This document shows, piece by piece, positions 19,578-31,675 of a stretch of 64,000 bases of DNA (within the stretch, counting starts at the first letter, position 1; every line of letters starts with the position of its first letter). The notes beneath the pieces were generated by a model. The model was not told the origin of the DNA. It saw only the letters and a list, made by a program, of their open reading frames with translations, and did not search any database. Position numbers and translations under genes: made by a program. Origin of the DNA: Calditrichia bacterium (GTDB lineage Bacteria > Calditrichota > Calditrichia > JAJRVZ01); contig CAWCNS010000004.1 in NCBI GenBank assembly GCA_963796965.1, forward strand, positions 192,001-256,000, read 5' to 3'.

Positions 19578-22488
19578 ATGAATCTGATGGAAAATACCAG
19601 ATGGCCAATTTTTATCTTTATACTCGTTTTTCTAGTGGTTTTAGGACCTTCAATTATGTTGGCTGGTACAACGGGTAAGATCGCTGGTGTCGTCACAGAC
19701 AAATCAAGCGGTGAAGGACTCCCTGGTCCTAATATTGAAATAGTGGGAACAAGTCTGGGTGCGGCGGCAGATGTTAATGGCATGTTCGTTGTGTTAATGA
19801 TTCCTCCGGGAAAGCATACGGTACGTGTCTCCATGCTCGGTTATAGTACAGTTGAGTTGACAGATGTTGTCGTGAATATAGACCGGGTAACTCAGATCGA
19901 GGTTGAACTTCAGGAAGCAAATTCTCGAGGGAGAAGTAATCACCGTTGAAGCAACGCGGGAGGCTGTAGAGTTTGACCGCACAAATAGTACCTCTTATGT
20001 TAGCAAAGAACAAATTGATGCCATGCCGGTCAAGAATGTTTCGGATGTAATTCAATTGCAGGCAGGTGTTGTAAAAGACGCTGGTGGGGGGATACATATA
20101 CGTGGCGGGCGTACTAGAGAGGTCGCTTATATGATTGATGGAATTAGTGTAACTAATAACTTCAGCCAAGGCGGTGGTTCAAATGTCCGGATGGAAAACA
20201 ATTTTATTCAAGAGTTGCAGGTAATTACAGGGACCTTCAATGCTGAATATGGTCAGGCACAATCAGGGATCATAAATGTGGTTACAAAAGTGCCTGAAAA
20301 TAAATTTGAATTTATGGTAGATGCCATGACCGGGGGATATTATTCAACACAACCGCAGTATATTAATCTTGATGAATTTGATCCTCTTGGTGAATCGGAA
20401 GTCAATTTTTCTGTATCCGGACCAATTCCTTTCCCTAAAAGTCTTGGTAAGTTGGGTTTTTATGTCAATGGACGTGTCTTAAATTCAAATGGTTACTTGA
20501 ATGGTCAACGCCGATATAATATCACGGATGGTTGGGAAATTGAGGTATATCGTGAATGGTATGATGCGACCTATGATCCAAAGGATCCGCTGGTTATACC
20601 AATCCCTGATTCACTACATACAGGTGATGGTGCATATGTCTCAATGAACTGGTCAGAATTATATAATGTCAATACAAAGTTGGTATACCAACCCACTACT
20701 TCTATTACTGCTGCCTACAATATGTTTTACAGTAAAACAGATGGAAAGGGTTATTCAAATTCCTGGCGTTTCGCTCCTGATGGCACAAGTGAGTATCATT
20801 CTGTTAACTTAACGCACATGCTAACATTTACCCATACACCCTGGAATAATTTCTTTTATAATCTTCGCTACTCCTTTCAGCAGAATCAATCCGAATCCTA
20901 TGCTTTCGAAGATGCCAATGATCCCAGGTATCAGACAACAGCGGTAAATGCCTGGGACCCTGGTAAAAATACAGGCTATGATTATGGTGGCATTAATTCT
21001 TGGGACCGTAATTACTATGACCAAAATACGCATTTGGTAAATGGTGATGCCACCTGGCAGATTAATAATATCGTAGAATTGAAAGGTGGATTTGAAGTAA
21101 AAAAATATGACTTAAAATATAAGCGGTCCCCGATGAGGGAAGTCCTGGGTTATGAAACCCAGCAATTCCCCTATACTCGAAATGAAATCAGGGGTTTGGA
21201 AATACCGTATCTCATATTTCGAGAGGCGACGAGAGATTATCAATATGGGAATATACGGGTTCGAGAAACACATGCTGATTCACTTGAAGATGCACAGTTT
21301 TATGTAGATTATGACCGGTTTCCTCTTGAGGGATCAGGTTATCTCCAAACGACGTTGAGTATGGGTGATATTATTTTTAATGCAGGGATGAGACTTGATG
21401 TGTTTATGCCCCAGGATCGTTATGCGCCTGATTATTCAAAAGTCTTTCCTGAGTTTGTAGGAGCCGACACTTATTACGAAAAAGCTAAAACCAAATACCA
21501 GGTAAGCCCAAGATTTGGATTATCCTTTCCAGTATCCACAAAAGGTGCTATCCGACTCTCCTATGGTCATTTCTTTCAAATGCCAAGTTTAGAAAAATTA
21601 TATCAAAATCCCGTATTGCCTCACTATAATCAATTTAGTATTATGGGCACTAACATTGGAAATCCGAACCTGGATGCCGAGAAAACGGTCCAATATGAAG
21701 CGGGCCTGCAACAAGAATTAGTGCCAGGTTTGGCCATGGAACTTTCAGTCTTTTATAAAGATATAAGGGATTTATTGGGAGTTGAAATTTTAACCCTGAG
21801 CAATGGAACGACTTTTTACAGATATATCAATAAAGAATATGGCAATGCCAATGGTGTCACTCTGGCGTTTAACCAGGCAACAAGAGATGGTACCTTGACA
21901 AGCTCGCTTGATTATACGTATATGACTGCCAAGGGTACCTCTTCAAGTGCAGAGGCAATACGAGAAGTGGCTATTACATCCGGACCTGGAGCTGGGGCGT
22001 ATACGATGGCTTCCAGAAGGGTTAATTACTTAAACTGGGATCAAACCCATTCTTTAAATGGCGTGGTTAATTACATCCCTGCGTCAGGTTGGTTGGTTAG
22101 TGTCATTGCTCAGTGGGGCTCAGGCTTGCCCTATTCCCCTGCTACGCTTGATCCAAGTGTTGAAATTCCTGGTGGATGGTGGGATAATAGTGATCGAAAA
22201 CCAACACGTTGGTCGGTAGATTTGAAATTTGGAAAGAATTTCAAAGTATGGGATTCAAACTTACTTCTCTATCTGGACATATATAATGTCTTTGATCATG
22301 CAGATGAAAACTCAGTGAATGCAATTACTGGTCGTGCCGGTCCTAATGCCTATACACCAGAACTGGGTCGGGCACGTTACAGAAGAATAGATCAAATCGG
22401 TGCGTTCAGCCACACAGAGGCTGATTATAATCCGACTCAATATTCCCGACCACGTTTAATTCAATTTGGTGTGAATTGGAGTTTCTAA
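19578..22488 (+). CDS. TonB-dependent receptor with N-terminal carboxypeptidase-regulatory-like domain, frameshift near 19920
   Basis: GTTGKIAGVVTD, IHIRGGR, GTFNAEYG, SPRFGLSFP, GNPNLDAEKT, C-terminal PRLIQFGVNWSF; start 19578 or 19587. Confidence 0.9.
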
Positions 22489-22507
22489 ATAATAAAGGTA
22501 TAGCAAA

Positions 22508-23580
22508 ATGAAGAGTAATATAATTAGAAGAAATATGCGTGTATTATTATTATTCCTGTTCTTGGTTTTGATTGCTCCAGAACTGTTTGCCCAGGTTACT
22601 GGATATAAGTCTGATGTAAGTCGACGAGGATCAGCCGCCGGAGCCGTATTAGAAATCGGTGTTGGGGCCAGAGCTATTGCAATGGGTGGATCTTTCGTTG
22701 CAATCGCCGATGATCCTTCTGCCTTATACTGGAATCCGGCTGGAATTGTAAATATTAAATCAATTTCTTTGCAGGCAACAAAAACCGAGTGGTTTGTAGA
22801 CACAGATTTTAACGTTATAGATCTCATTGTCCCTCTTGGATTCATGAATTCCGCTATAGGAGTACATCTGGCGATGATGGACTATGGTGAAAATCCAGTT
22901 AGAACTGTGGCTCGTCCTGATGGTACAGGTGAATCATATTCAGCCTCTGACCTTGTTGCAGGATTATACTGGGGATTTAGTATAACCCAAAGCATTTCCT
23001 TCGGGTTGGGTTTGAAATATTTTCAGGAAAAGATCTGGCATGTAGAGGGTACTACCATGGCCATTGATTTGGCTATATTGTATGAAACCCCTGTTGCCGG
23101 ATTAAGATTAGGTGGTACCATTAGCAATCTTGGACCGGAGTTCAGACTTTCTGGAAGAGATTTAACCCGGGTAGGAGATATCGATGGGCGAAGGGATATA
23201 TATTTTAATAATGACAATGTAGTATTGAATATGGAACAGAAGAATATGCATTACCGATGCTGTTTAGGTTTGGTGTCGCCTATGAATATGTTCTTAGCGA
23301 TGATTATGCTGTTCAAATTGGTTCAAACCTAAATCATCCAAGTGATGATAAAGAAAGTGTGGACGTTGGGGTTGAAGCAAAAATGTTTGATATGGTATTC
23401 CTCAGGGGTGGCTATCAATCATTGTTTAATGATGCGGCTATAAGTGGGTTAACACTTGGCGGTGGCCTTGACTATACGTTTAGTAATGTCGTTCGCGTAA
23501 CGGTTGATTATGCCTGGTCAGATTGGGGAATTATGTCCAATGTAAATAGATTTACGCTGGGTGTCAGTGGTGCGTTATAA
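22508..23580 (+). CDS. PorV/PorQ-like (FadL-type) outer-membrane barrel protein, frameshift near 23223
   Basis: LEIGVGARAIAMGG, DDPSALYWNPAG, LPMLFRFG, FLRGGY, VDYAW. Confidence 0.8.
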
Positions 23581-23628
23581 TCTCAACAAATTTTGTTTAT
23601 CATATCAACTATAAATTAATAGGATAAA

Positions 23629-26600
23629 ATGATGACAGACATTAGAAATTATGATGATAAGAAAATCATCTTAAAGAGAATAATTCTTATCTTAATCATA
23701 TTCTCATCAATAGTGAGTACAAATAATTTATTTGCGCAGGCGGATGTAGTCGGAGGCGCACAATTTGATACACATCCCATGCACTGGGCACGTTTCTGGG
23801 CCAGAGGATTATTTGATCGAAATCTGGTCTGGTGTCCCGTGTGGAATATTGGTAATGTAACAGATTCGCATGTTGAACCCAGCAGAAGCCTTACATGGCC
23901 AGGTAGCCAGGGTTTGACCTATGTTGGTTATGCCAATTTCTATATTGGAGCTAAAGTAATTGACATGACCGAGTATCAGAACAAAATGGTACCCTATGAT
24001 GAAATGCCTCCACTGGTCTCGAACGGTGAGCACGAAATTTCGGTTGTTAGCAATGCTTATCTTCCCCATATCTCAGTAGGTACACCAGCTCAAATTTCTA
24101 GAAATAATGATCATCAACAAATTTGGGCACCGATACCGGGATTTTATAATGATGGTAAATATGGCTGGATATGGGGTATTAATGAAGATACGGACGGTGA
24201 TGGTGAATTATCACCACAGGAGGATGTTAATTTCAATGGTAACCTTGATTTTAATCTCGAGCCGCCACCAGGGATTATCAAAAGTATGGCCATAAGCACG
24301 GATAAACGAACCTGGCCGGAGTATTGGCCAGGCGGCTCTTATATTGGTGATACACGTCCTTATTTCGATCGGCCACCAAGAACGACCGTCGCCGGCAATC
24401 GGGCTGGCAAATGGAATGGAGAATATAAAGCTGGGACTATCTCCGACCAGGAGACCTTGTATCGCATGGATGATCATGAAAATGATTATTGGAATGAATA
24501 TACGCAATACAATTACTGGCCGAAGCAAAATCCGGATGGAACACCAAATACAGTCATGTGGAAAGAAGGCGGAATTGCCGGATCAGGTATTGAGGTGGAA
24601 TCAAGAAGTCTATGCCTGGTTCCATCCGTTAGCGGAAGATCTGCTTGTCTCTGTGTACCGAGTTAGAAATTATAGTGACTATATATTAAACCATGTCGTG
24701 ACCGGTATGTGGACGGATGCCAATATTGCCGGCCAAAGTAGTTATAACGCAGCAGATTACATAAAAGCAGAATATACACCAGATGGCACGCCCCAGGGGG
24801 AAGCCAAACGTCTGGAATTTGATATATTGTATCAATGGTACACAAAGCCTGGAGATCTATCAACTTATAAAAAAATTGGTTATTTTGCCTTTGCCTTTTT
24901 AGAAAGCCCCGGAATTGCTTATAACGACGAGGATGATGATAAAGACGGATATATTGATGAATCAATGGAAGATGGAATTGATAACGATGGAGATTGGGAA
25001 CCCTTTTCCGATATAGGACTTGATAAAAAAGGACCTGGTGACACGGGATATGCTGGACCTGATGCCGATGGAACAGAAGGCAATGGCACCTGGGATACGG
25101 AGGATGCCAACTTTAATGGTGCTTTGGATAATGGTGAAGATCTCAATAAAAATGACAAATTAGACATGGAACCTGTAAAAGATGACAGAGGTGTTGATGG
25201 CATTGGACCAGACGAAAATGGCTGGCCCGGACCCGATGAGGACGGAACGGAATGTAATGGATACATGGAGTTAGGCGAACCTGACTTTGATCTGACAGAT
25301 ATAGATGAAGCAGATCAGGCCGGTTTGAAACATATTTTTGTTTATGAGAGCGACAAAATTTTGATGGATCAGCGCGTGTTCTGGTCCAAATATCTTGATA
25401 AACCAGGTGAAGATGTAGCAGAAACAGACGAGCCAATTTGCTTCACCTTTGGGGCCAAATCTGTTAGGTTGGAAAAAATGGAATGGAAACGTTTCACGAT
25501 TGCTTTGATCATGGGTGAGAATAGGGATGATGCTGTGCGCAACAAAGCCACTATGCAGGATATTTATGATCATAACTATCGCTTTTTAACGCCACCACTT
25601 CAACCGACTTTAGTAGCCAATGTTAAAGACGAAGAGGTCCAGCTCTATTGGGATTCCGATGCTGAATTTTCCAAAGATCCTTTTTTTGGTGAAGATTTTA
25701 ATGGCTATCGCGTTTATAAGAGTACCGATCCAAAATTTCTGGATATTAAAACAATTACCGATGCATTTGGTAATGTCCTTCTGTTTGAACCGATCGCTAT
25801 TTATGATAGAAGCGACGGTTTAAAAGGAGCCCATCCCGTTCCGTTTCCTAATATGGGTGTGCATTATGACATGGGCAATGACACGGGTCTTAAGCATTCT
25901 TACCGTGATACACTTGTACATAACGGACGTACATACTATTATGCTGTTAATGCGATCGATGCCGGTAATGACTGGGATTTTGGTCCCGAGGAAAGAGGGC
26001 TGGTTAGTGAAGAATACCCCATGCAAGCCATGCCCAGCGAATCACCCTTTAACATAACGGTCAATACCCTCGGCCAGGTTGTCTATAGAGATAGAAATAC
26101 AGCCGTGTGCACGCCGGTTGAACCCGCAGCGGGATTTTCAGAACCTATTGTGGATTCATTGAATATTGAGCACGTTAATGGTATTGCCCGGGGAGGGCAA
26201 TGGACCATAGGCATTTTTAATAAAGACCATGTTAAACTCGGCAATAGATATGAAATTACATTTGCAGATGACAGCAGTCTTTATGAGAAAACAAATTACG
26301 AATATTTATGGGGCAATACACAGGGCATTCGCTGTATGAATCTGACGACCGGCGACACGTTATTCAATATTCAATATGACAATTCGGTTGATTTTATTGA
26401 GAACCAGAATGTTTATAAAGAAATTGAAAAATCCGTATATGAAGGTTTGCATTTTACTTTTAACTGGCCAATTGATCCTAAAGATTTACAGGACCGTGGG
26501 ATCAGCATTGTCAAAACAAATGCAGAAGGACGTCAAACGAATGAATGGAAAAGGTGGGTAACGACAACGCCTACCAATCTTAGAGTCCAGGATATTGAAC

Positions 26601-27373
26601 CAGGAACCAATATTGCATTACCCATTGATGTTGAGTTACGTGTCGGCGATTATGTAGGTGTAGACACGTCTTTGGCACAATCTATATTTGTCCAGGCTAT
26701 TCCAATTAATTTTACAACCTGGGATATAACAGATCCAGATAATCCAAGACAATTGAAGGTGAAAATACTTTATGACAAGAGTAAAGTTAATATATCACCT
26801 GAGGAACTTGAAGAAATGAAGGGGCAGATATGGGATAGTACACGGGTGATACTAACCTATTATGATACGGACAAAAGACGAACAGGGGAATCCTGGACAT
26901 TACGTTTTTATAAAAATCAGTTTGATAAAGAAAATCCTGTCATTCCACCAGTCCCGGGTGATATATACCGCTTTCGGACCTTCAGGAATCCCACGCATCT
27001 TGACACCTTGCGTTTTGAAGTGGAAAAAGGTAAATGGTCTCGTGAACAGGCCCAGGCGGATATGAAAAATATCTACGTCGTACCTGATCCCTATGTGGCA
27101 TCAAGTACACTTGAACCTATTTATGAATTAGCCGGTAACACGCAGCGGCGGATTGATTTTGTGAATCTTCCTCCAGAATGCACTATCCAGATATTTACCG
27201 TAAGCGGTAAATTAGTCAAGAAATTGGACCACAATGCTCAGGATGATTTTGGCCGGGAATCCTGGGATCTGACAACGGACGATGGGTCAGAGATCGCATT
27301 TGGAATCTACTTTTATGCTGTTGATGCAAAAGATATAGGCGTCCACAGAGGAAAATTTGCTATAATTAAGTAA
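23629..27373 (+). CDS. Giant (~1250 aa) exported protein with Asp/Gly-rich Ca-binding-like repeats, FN3-like domain and CTD-like tail; frameshift near 24606
   Basis: Signal peptide; DxDxDG repeats; VQLYWD..FNGYRVYKS..TYYYAV; VVPDPY..FVNLP..WDL..GIYFY..GKFAIIK. Confidence 0.75.
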
Positions 27374-27422
27374 GCTTATTGTTTCTATCATAATAGTTGA
27401 ATAGGCTATCTTAATTTATAAC

Positions 27423-27460
27423 CCATGGTGAGATTCATAAAAAAATGAATCTCACCATGG
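27423..27460. other. 16-bp perfect stem-loop without U-tract (mRNA stabiliser or weak terminator)
   Basis: CCATGGTGAGATTCAT-AAAAAA-ATGAATCTCACCATGG. Confidence 0.6.
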
Positions 27461-27549
27461 AAAACGATTTATTTTTCATTAATTATAGTTTTAGGAAATA
27501 TCGTTTTCTGATAATAAAATGATATTAATAGTCAAGTCGATTTTAGTAT

Positions 27550-29124
27550 ATGTATAGAATAATAAACATAGTAAAAAGTCTTTTCTTCATTATTTTGATG
27601 TTGCAGATGTTTGTATCTTGTTCGGATAAATCATCGCAAACCGTCCCTGAAGAAAAAATCTTAGCCAGGGTAGGTGATAGAATTATTACCGATGATGAGT
27701 TTAGATACAGTTATGAATTTAGTATTGCATCCTTGAGACAGGGTAAGAATCCGAGACTGCAATATCTTGATTTTATGATCAAAGAGTTATTATTAGCGAG
27801 TGAAGGATATCGCCTTGGCTATAATGATAATCCCTATGTAAGCACCAGATTAGCCAATCGCCGAAATTCAAACTTATTACAGGCATTTGTTACTAGGAAT
27901 GTTCATGATAAAATTAAGATACCCGAAGATGAGTTGCAGGATGCTATAAAAAAAAGCACGATAAAATTTCGTCTGATCATTTGGCCAACACCCTCCTTAG
28001 CTGAAGCCGATCGTGTGCGCGAAAAGACACGACAATCCACTCTTGATGATTTTGTGGAAAACGTTTTAGCAAAACAGGAAATAAAACTGGAGGAAAAGCG
28101 TTTTTATGAAACGGACTGGATTGATTATTTAGAAATGCCTCCCCATGTTTTCAACGAGATAAAAGATCTGGAAATGGGTAAAACGTCAGAGCCCTTTGTT
28201 TATGGTAATGGGTATGCCGTGGCACAGGTATTGGATATTAATCTTGAAGGAATTACAAAGAGTGAACTGCTCTATGGCGCCAGAAGAAAAAAAATGGAAG
28301 AGCGTCTACGCAATATTGAAGCCGATAAGGTGATGCATACTCTTATGGACTCCATTTTAACCCCACTTGATATTCGGGTAAAGGGTCATATTGCAGAAGA
28401 TCTGGTGGATCCCTTATTTAATTGGGTTAAAGATGGCTTACCGGAAAATCGCTCCCTATTTGGCAGATTAGATAATATTTCGGATACCACTAAGACCTAT
28501 ATTAAAGATATTTACAATCTATTGAATGAAACCCTAATAACATCAAAGAATGGGCAGAAAACAGTCAGAGATTATCTGATTTATATGGATTACAATAGAA
28601 AATATTTAAAGGAAAGTAAGTCGTATATTGACTTTAAAGACCGCCTGATCTTGGAAATTGGTGATATGATGAAAGAAGAGTCCTTTGTTGGGATAGCAGA
28701 GAAGCAGAGTCTTTCTGATTCTATGAATATTTCTGAGGACTTGCGCTTGTGGGAGCAAAAATGGACATATGAAATCTACCGCCATGACCTCATTAAGGAT
28801 CTGGAAGTTTCTGAAAAGGAAATGAAAGATTTTTTTAGCAACCGTTGGCAGGAATTACCCAGCGCCAGAGTGGATACAACAAATTTTGAACGATATGAAA
28901 ATGAAGTTTATAATGCCGTGTTTCATGAAAAGTATCTTGCTCGCTTGGAAAACAAGGTTGAAGAATTAAAAAACCGTTACCCGATTTGGATTAATGAGGA
29001 ACTTTTAGAGACAATTGAACTAACTTCAAGTAAAAAGTCAAATCCGATGACAGTTCTTATTCAAAGAAATTTTGATGGGAAGGCCGTTGTACCTACCGTT
29101 GAATTAAATTGGGTTCAGTTTTGA
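27550..29124 (+). CDS. PrsA/SurA-like foldase lipoprotein with degenerate parvulin domain
   Basis: Lipobox FVSC; ILARVGDRIITDDEF, MIKELLLASEG, LEMGKTSEPF..GYAV. Confidence 0.6.
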   Translation: MYRIINIVKSLFFIILMLQMFVSCSDKSSQTVPEEKILARVGDRIITDDEFRYSYEFSIASLRQGKNPRLQYLDFMIKELLLASEGYRLGYNDNPYVSTRLANRRNSNLLQAFVTRNVHDKIKIPEDELQDAIKKSTIKFRLIIWPTPSLAEADRVREKTRQSTLDDFVENVLAKQEIKLEEKRFYETDWIDYLEMPPHVFNEIKDLEMGKTSEPFVYGNGYAVAQVLDINLEGITKSELLYGARRKKMEERLRNIEADKVMHTLMDSILTPLDIRVKGHIAEDLVDPLFNWVKDGLPENRSLFGRLDNISDTTKTYIKDIYNLLNETLITSKNGQKTVRDYLIYMDYNRKYLKESKSYIDFKDRLILEIGDMMKEESFVGIAEKQSLSDSMNISEDLRLWEQKWTYEIYRHDLIKDLEVSEKEMKDFFSNRWQELPSARVDTTNFERYENEVYNAVFHEKYLARLENKVEELKNRYPIWINEELLETIELTSSKKSNPMTVLIQRNFDGKAVVPTVELNWVQF

Positions 29125-29290
29125 CTAAGAAATTTGTACTGTAGTATTTGAGTATTATTATAATTAACAAAACTTGTTTAATCAGTTTTAAATGGTTGAA
29201 AGGAGGTGTGGAAGGCCTAAAATATTTAAAGTTTTGATGTTTGTTAATTAACTATTTGTAAACAATTAACTAATTTTTATGGAGTAAACT

Positions 29291-31438
29291 ATGAATAGCA
29301 AAGTAATGCTACTGATGTTAGTCAGTATGATTTTTCTGGCATTTGGTACTTCTAATGCACAGATTTGGCTTGATGGAGACAGCACTGATTGGGATATGGA
29401 ACCAGTTTTGCTTGAATCAGTCCATAATGTGGATGTGTCTTTTCCAGAAGAAGTTAAAGCTACGACTACAGATGTCGTTGATGTTAAAGAAGTTAAAGCG
29501 GTCGTCCATGGAAGTGTTCTTTATACACTTATCCGTTTCTGGGGTGGCCCGGCCTGGCCGAATGAGGTATATGAAGAGGTATTTGATGACGGTAATACCT
29601 ATAAAGCTTCTCGCGGATATTACCATCTTATGCTTGATTTGGATAATAATCCGGCAACGGGATGGGATAACAGATGGTATGAGGGACATTATACACCGGT
29701 TGGCTATCTTGCTGATAATTTCCCAGGTCAAGGATTTGAGCAGCTTGGCGCTGAAGCCGTTATTTATGTAGGCCTGAGAAATAATTACCCTGTTGAAAAT
29801 GATGGTCTGGGTGGGGTTATACCGAGACCTTTCGAAGTTAGAGGTCATGGGTATGAAGGTACCGATGCGTCTGAATATATTGGAAAACCGGAAAATGATG
29901 TATTTTATGATCTCGCTGCGGCTGAACCAACTGTTCAGGATTCAGCCAGGATGATGGCCTGGGAAGGTTCATTATTGTTGGGTGGCAGTGAAGATGCAGC
30001 TCTCGCTGCTGATACATTACATTCCTACTACTTCGGTCATGCCTGGGCTGATGGTGAAACGCCTTCTGGCAATGACTTTCTTGAGTTTGCCTATGATCTG
30101 GAAGTTGTGAAAAAATATTTTGCTGGAAAAGGTATGGATTATATAAAAGCGGGAGACCAAATTGGTCTCAGTGCTTTTATTGAAACACCGGCCGAAGACT
30201 GGTCAATCGATGTTACTACCCGCGGTTTTTTAACACTTCCTGAAATGCCGGCAAGACCTGGTGCCATTACCTTTGATGGTGATAGTTCGGATTGGGCAGA
30301 TGTACCTACTATAATTGAATCAGTTCATAATGTAGATGTGTCATTTCCGGAAGAAGTAAAAGCGACAACAACCGATGTTGTTGATGTTCGTTCAGTTAAA
30401 ACAATTATTGCAGAAGACGCCCTTTATGCCTTTATTCGTTTCTGGGGCGGTCCGGCCTGGCCGAATAATGTATATGAAGAGGTATTTGATGATGGCAATA
30501 CCTATAATGCTTCTCGTGGATATTACCATCTGATGCTTGATTTGGATAATAATCCAGCAACCGGATGGGACAACAGATGGTATGAAGGCCATTATACACC
30601 GGTTGGTTATCTGGCAGATAATTTCCCAGGTCAGGGTTTTGAGCAGCTTGGCGCGGAGGCTGTTATCTACATAGGTCAGAGAAATAATTACCCTGTTCAA
30701 AATGATGGTCTGGGTGGGGTTATACCGAGACCATATGAAGTTAGATCCCATGACTATGAAGGTACGGATGCTTCCGAATATATCGGTAAGCCAGAAAATG
30801 ATGTTTTCTATGATATGTTTGCCATGTCTCCAACTGATCCTGATTCTGCCATGAGTATGAACTATGATGGTAAACAGGTTTTTGCCGGAAACGAAGATCA
30901 AATAGCTGCTTTAAATGGCTATCCTAAATGGGCAGCACATGCCTGGGGTGAAGATTTCCTCGAATTGGGTATACCCATTAAACCGATCAAGGATTATTAT
31001 ATGGCAAAATCGGGTGCGAGTTATTTTGAACCTGGTCAAATGATAGGCATTTCTGCATTTATTGAAACACCGGCCGAAGATTGGTCAATTGATGGTACCA
31101 CAAGAGGCGAAACTGCAGTGGTTACAGGTATCAATGATGGTAATCCTGGTGTGGTTGCAGAGGAATTTGCTCTGGAAAACAACTATCCAAATCCGTTCAA
31201 TCCATCAACAACGATTGAATTTTCAGTTCCTATGGCTTCCGAGGTAACACTTTTTATCTATAATACATTGGGACAAAAAGTGAGAACCCTGGTTGATAAG
31301 AATATGCCTAATGGAAAACATTCCGTTGTTTGGAATGGAAGAAATGATGTCGGTCATACTTTACCGACTGGGCTGTATTTCTATACCTTAAGAGCAGAAA
31401 ACACATCAATTACCAAAAAGATGTTGCTCATCAAGTAG
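29291..31438 (+). CDS. Secreted protein with two ~300-aa tandem repeats and a T9SS/FlgD-like C-terminal domain
   Basis: Signal peptide; repeats offset by 903 nt; NYPNPFNPSTTI...GLYFY...KKMLLIK. Confidence 0.85.
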   Translation: MNSKVMLLMLVSMIFLAFGTSNAQIWLDGDSTDWDMEPVLLESVHNVDVSFPEEVKATTTDVVDVKEVKAVVHGSVLYTLIRFWGGPAWPNEVYEEVFDDGNTYKASRGYYHLMLDLDNNPATGWDNRWYEGHYTPVGYLADNFPGQGFEQLGAEAVIYVGLRNNYPVENDGLGGVIPRPFEVRGHGYEGTDASEYIGKPENDVFYDLAAAEPTVQDSARMMAWEGSLLLGGSEDAALAADTLHSYYFGHAWADGETPSGNDFLEFAYDLEVVKKYFAGKGMDYIKAGDQIGLSAFIETPAEDWSIDVTTRGFLTLPEMPARPGAITFDGDSSDWADVPTIIESVHNVDVSFPEEVKATTTDVVDVRSVKTIIAEDALYAFIRFWGGPAWPNNVYEEVFDDGNTYNASRGYYHLMLDLDNNPATGWDNRWYEGHYTPVGYLADNFPGQGFEQLGAEAVIYIGQRNNYPVQNDGLGGVIPRPYEVRSHDYEGTDASEYIGKPENDVFYDMFAMSPTDPDSAMSMNYDGKQVFAGNEDQIAALNGYPKWAAHAWGEDFLELGIPIKPIKDYYMAKSGASYFEPGQMIGISAFIETPAEDWSIDGTTRGETAVVTGINDGNPGVVAEEFALENNYPNPFNPSTTIEFSVPMASEVTLFIYNTLGQKVRTLVDKNMPNGKHSVVWNGRNDVGHTLPTGLYFYTLRAENTSITKKMLLIK

Positions 31439-31453
31439 TTAGTTCTTTCGTCG

Positions 31454-31488
31454 AAAAAGGGATTGTCTTTCGAGATAATCCCTTTTTT
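31454..31488 (+). terminator. Rho-independent terminator
   Basis: AAAAAGGGATTGTCT-TTCG-AGATAATCCCTTTTTT just after the stop at 31438. Confidence 0.85.
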
Positions 31489-31675
31489 AATGGGTAAAAA
31501 CTTTCGACCCATTTCAAACACGATTTATCCGGAATTGTATAAATAAAATGATTAAATTAGTATATTTGGATCTATATTATTTGATTAGAGTACAAGTAAA
31601 AGAAATTACCGGCGAATCGAAATTTTTTTGTAATAGACATATAACCATTCAATAAACAAAATCAGGAAAATAACA

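Noticed and set aside
29200..29237. Perfect SD-like AAGGAGGTG with a possible 9-codon uORF
   Set aside because: The GTG overlaps the SD, so spacing is wrong; gene 29291 has its own GGAG.
29361..31110. Internal repeat as an assembly artefact or DGR template/variable repeat
   Set aside because: Differences are mostly synonymous, not adenine-specific, and in frame; no reverse transcriptase is present.
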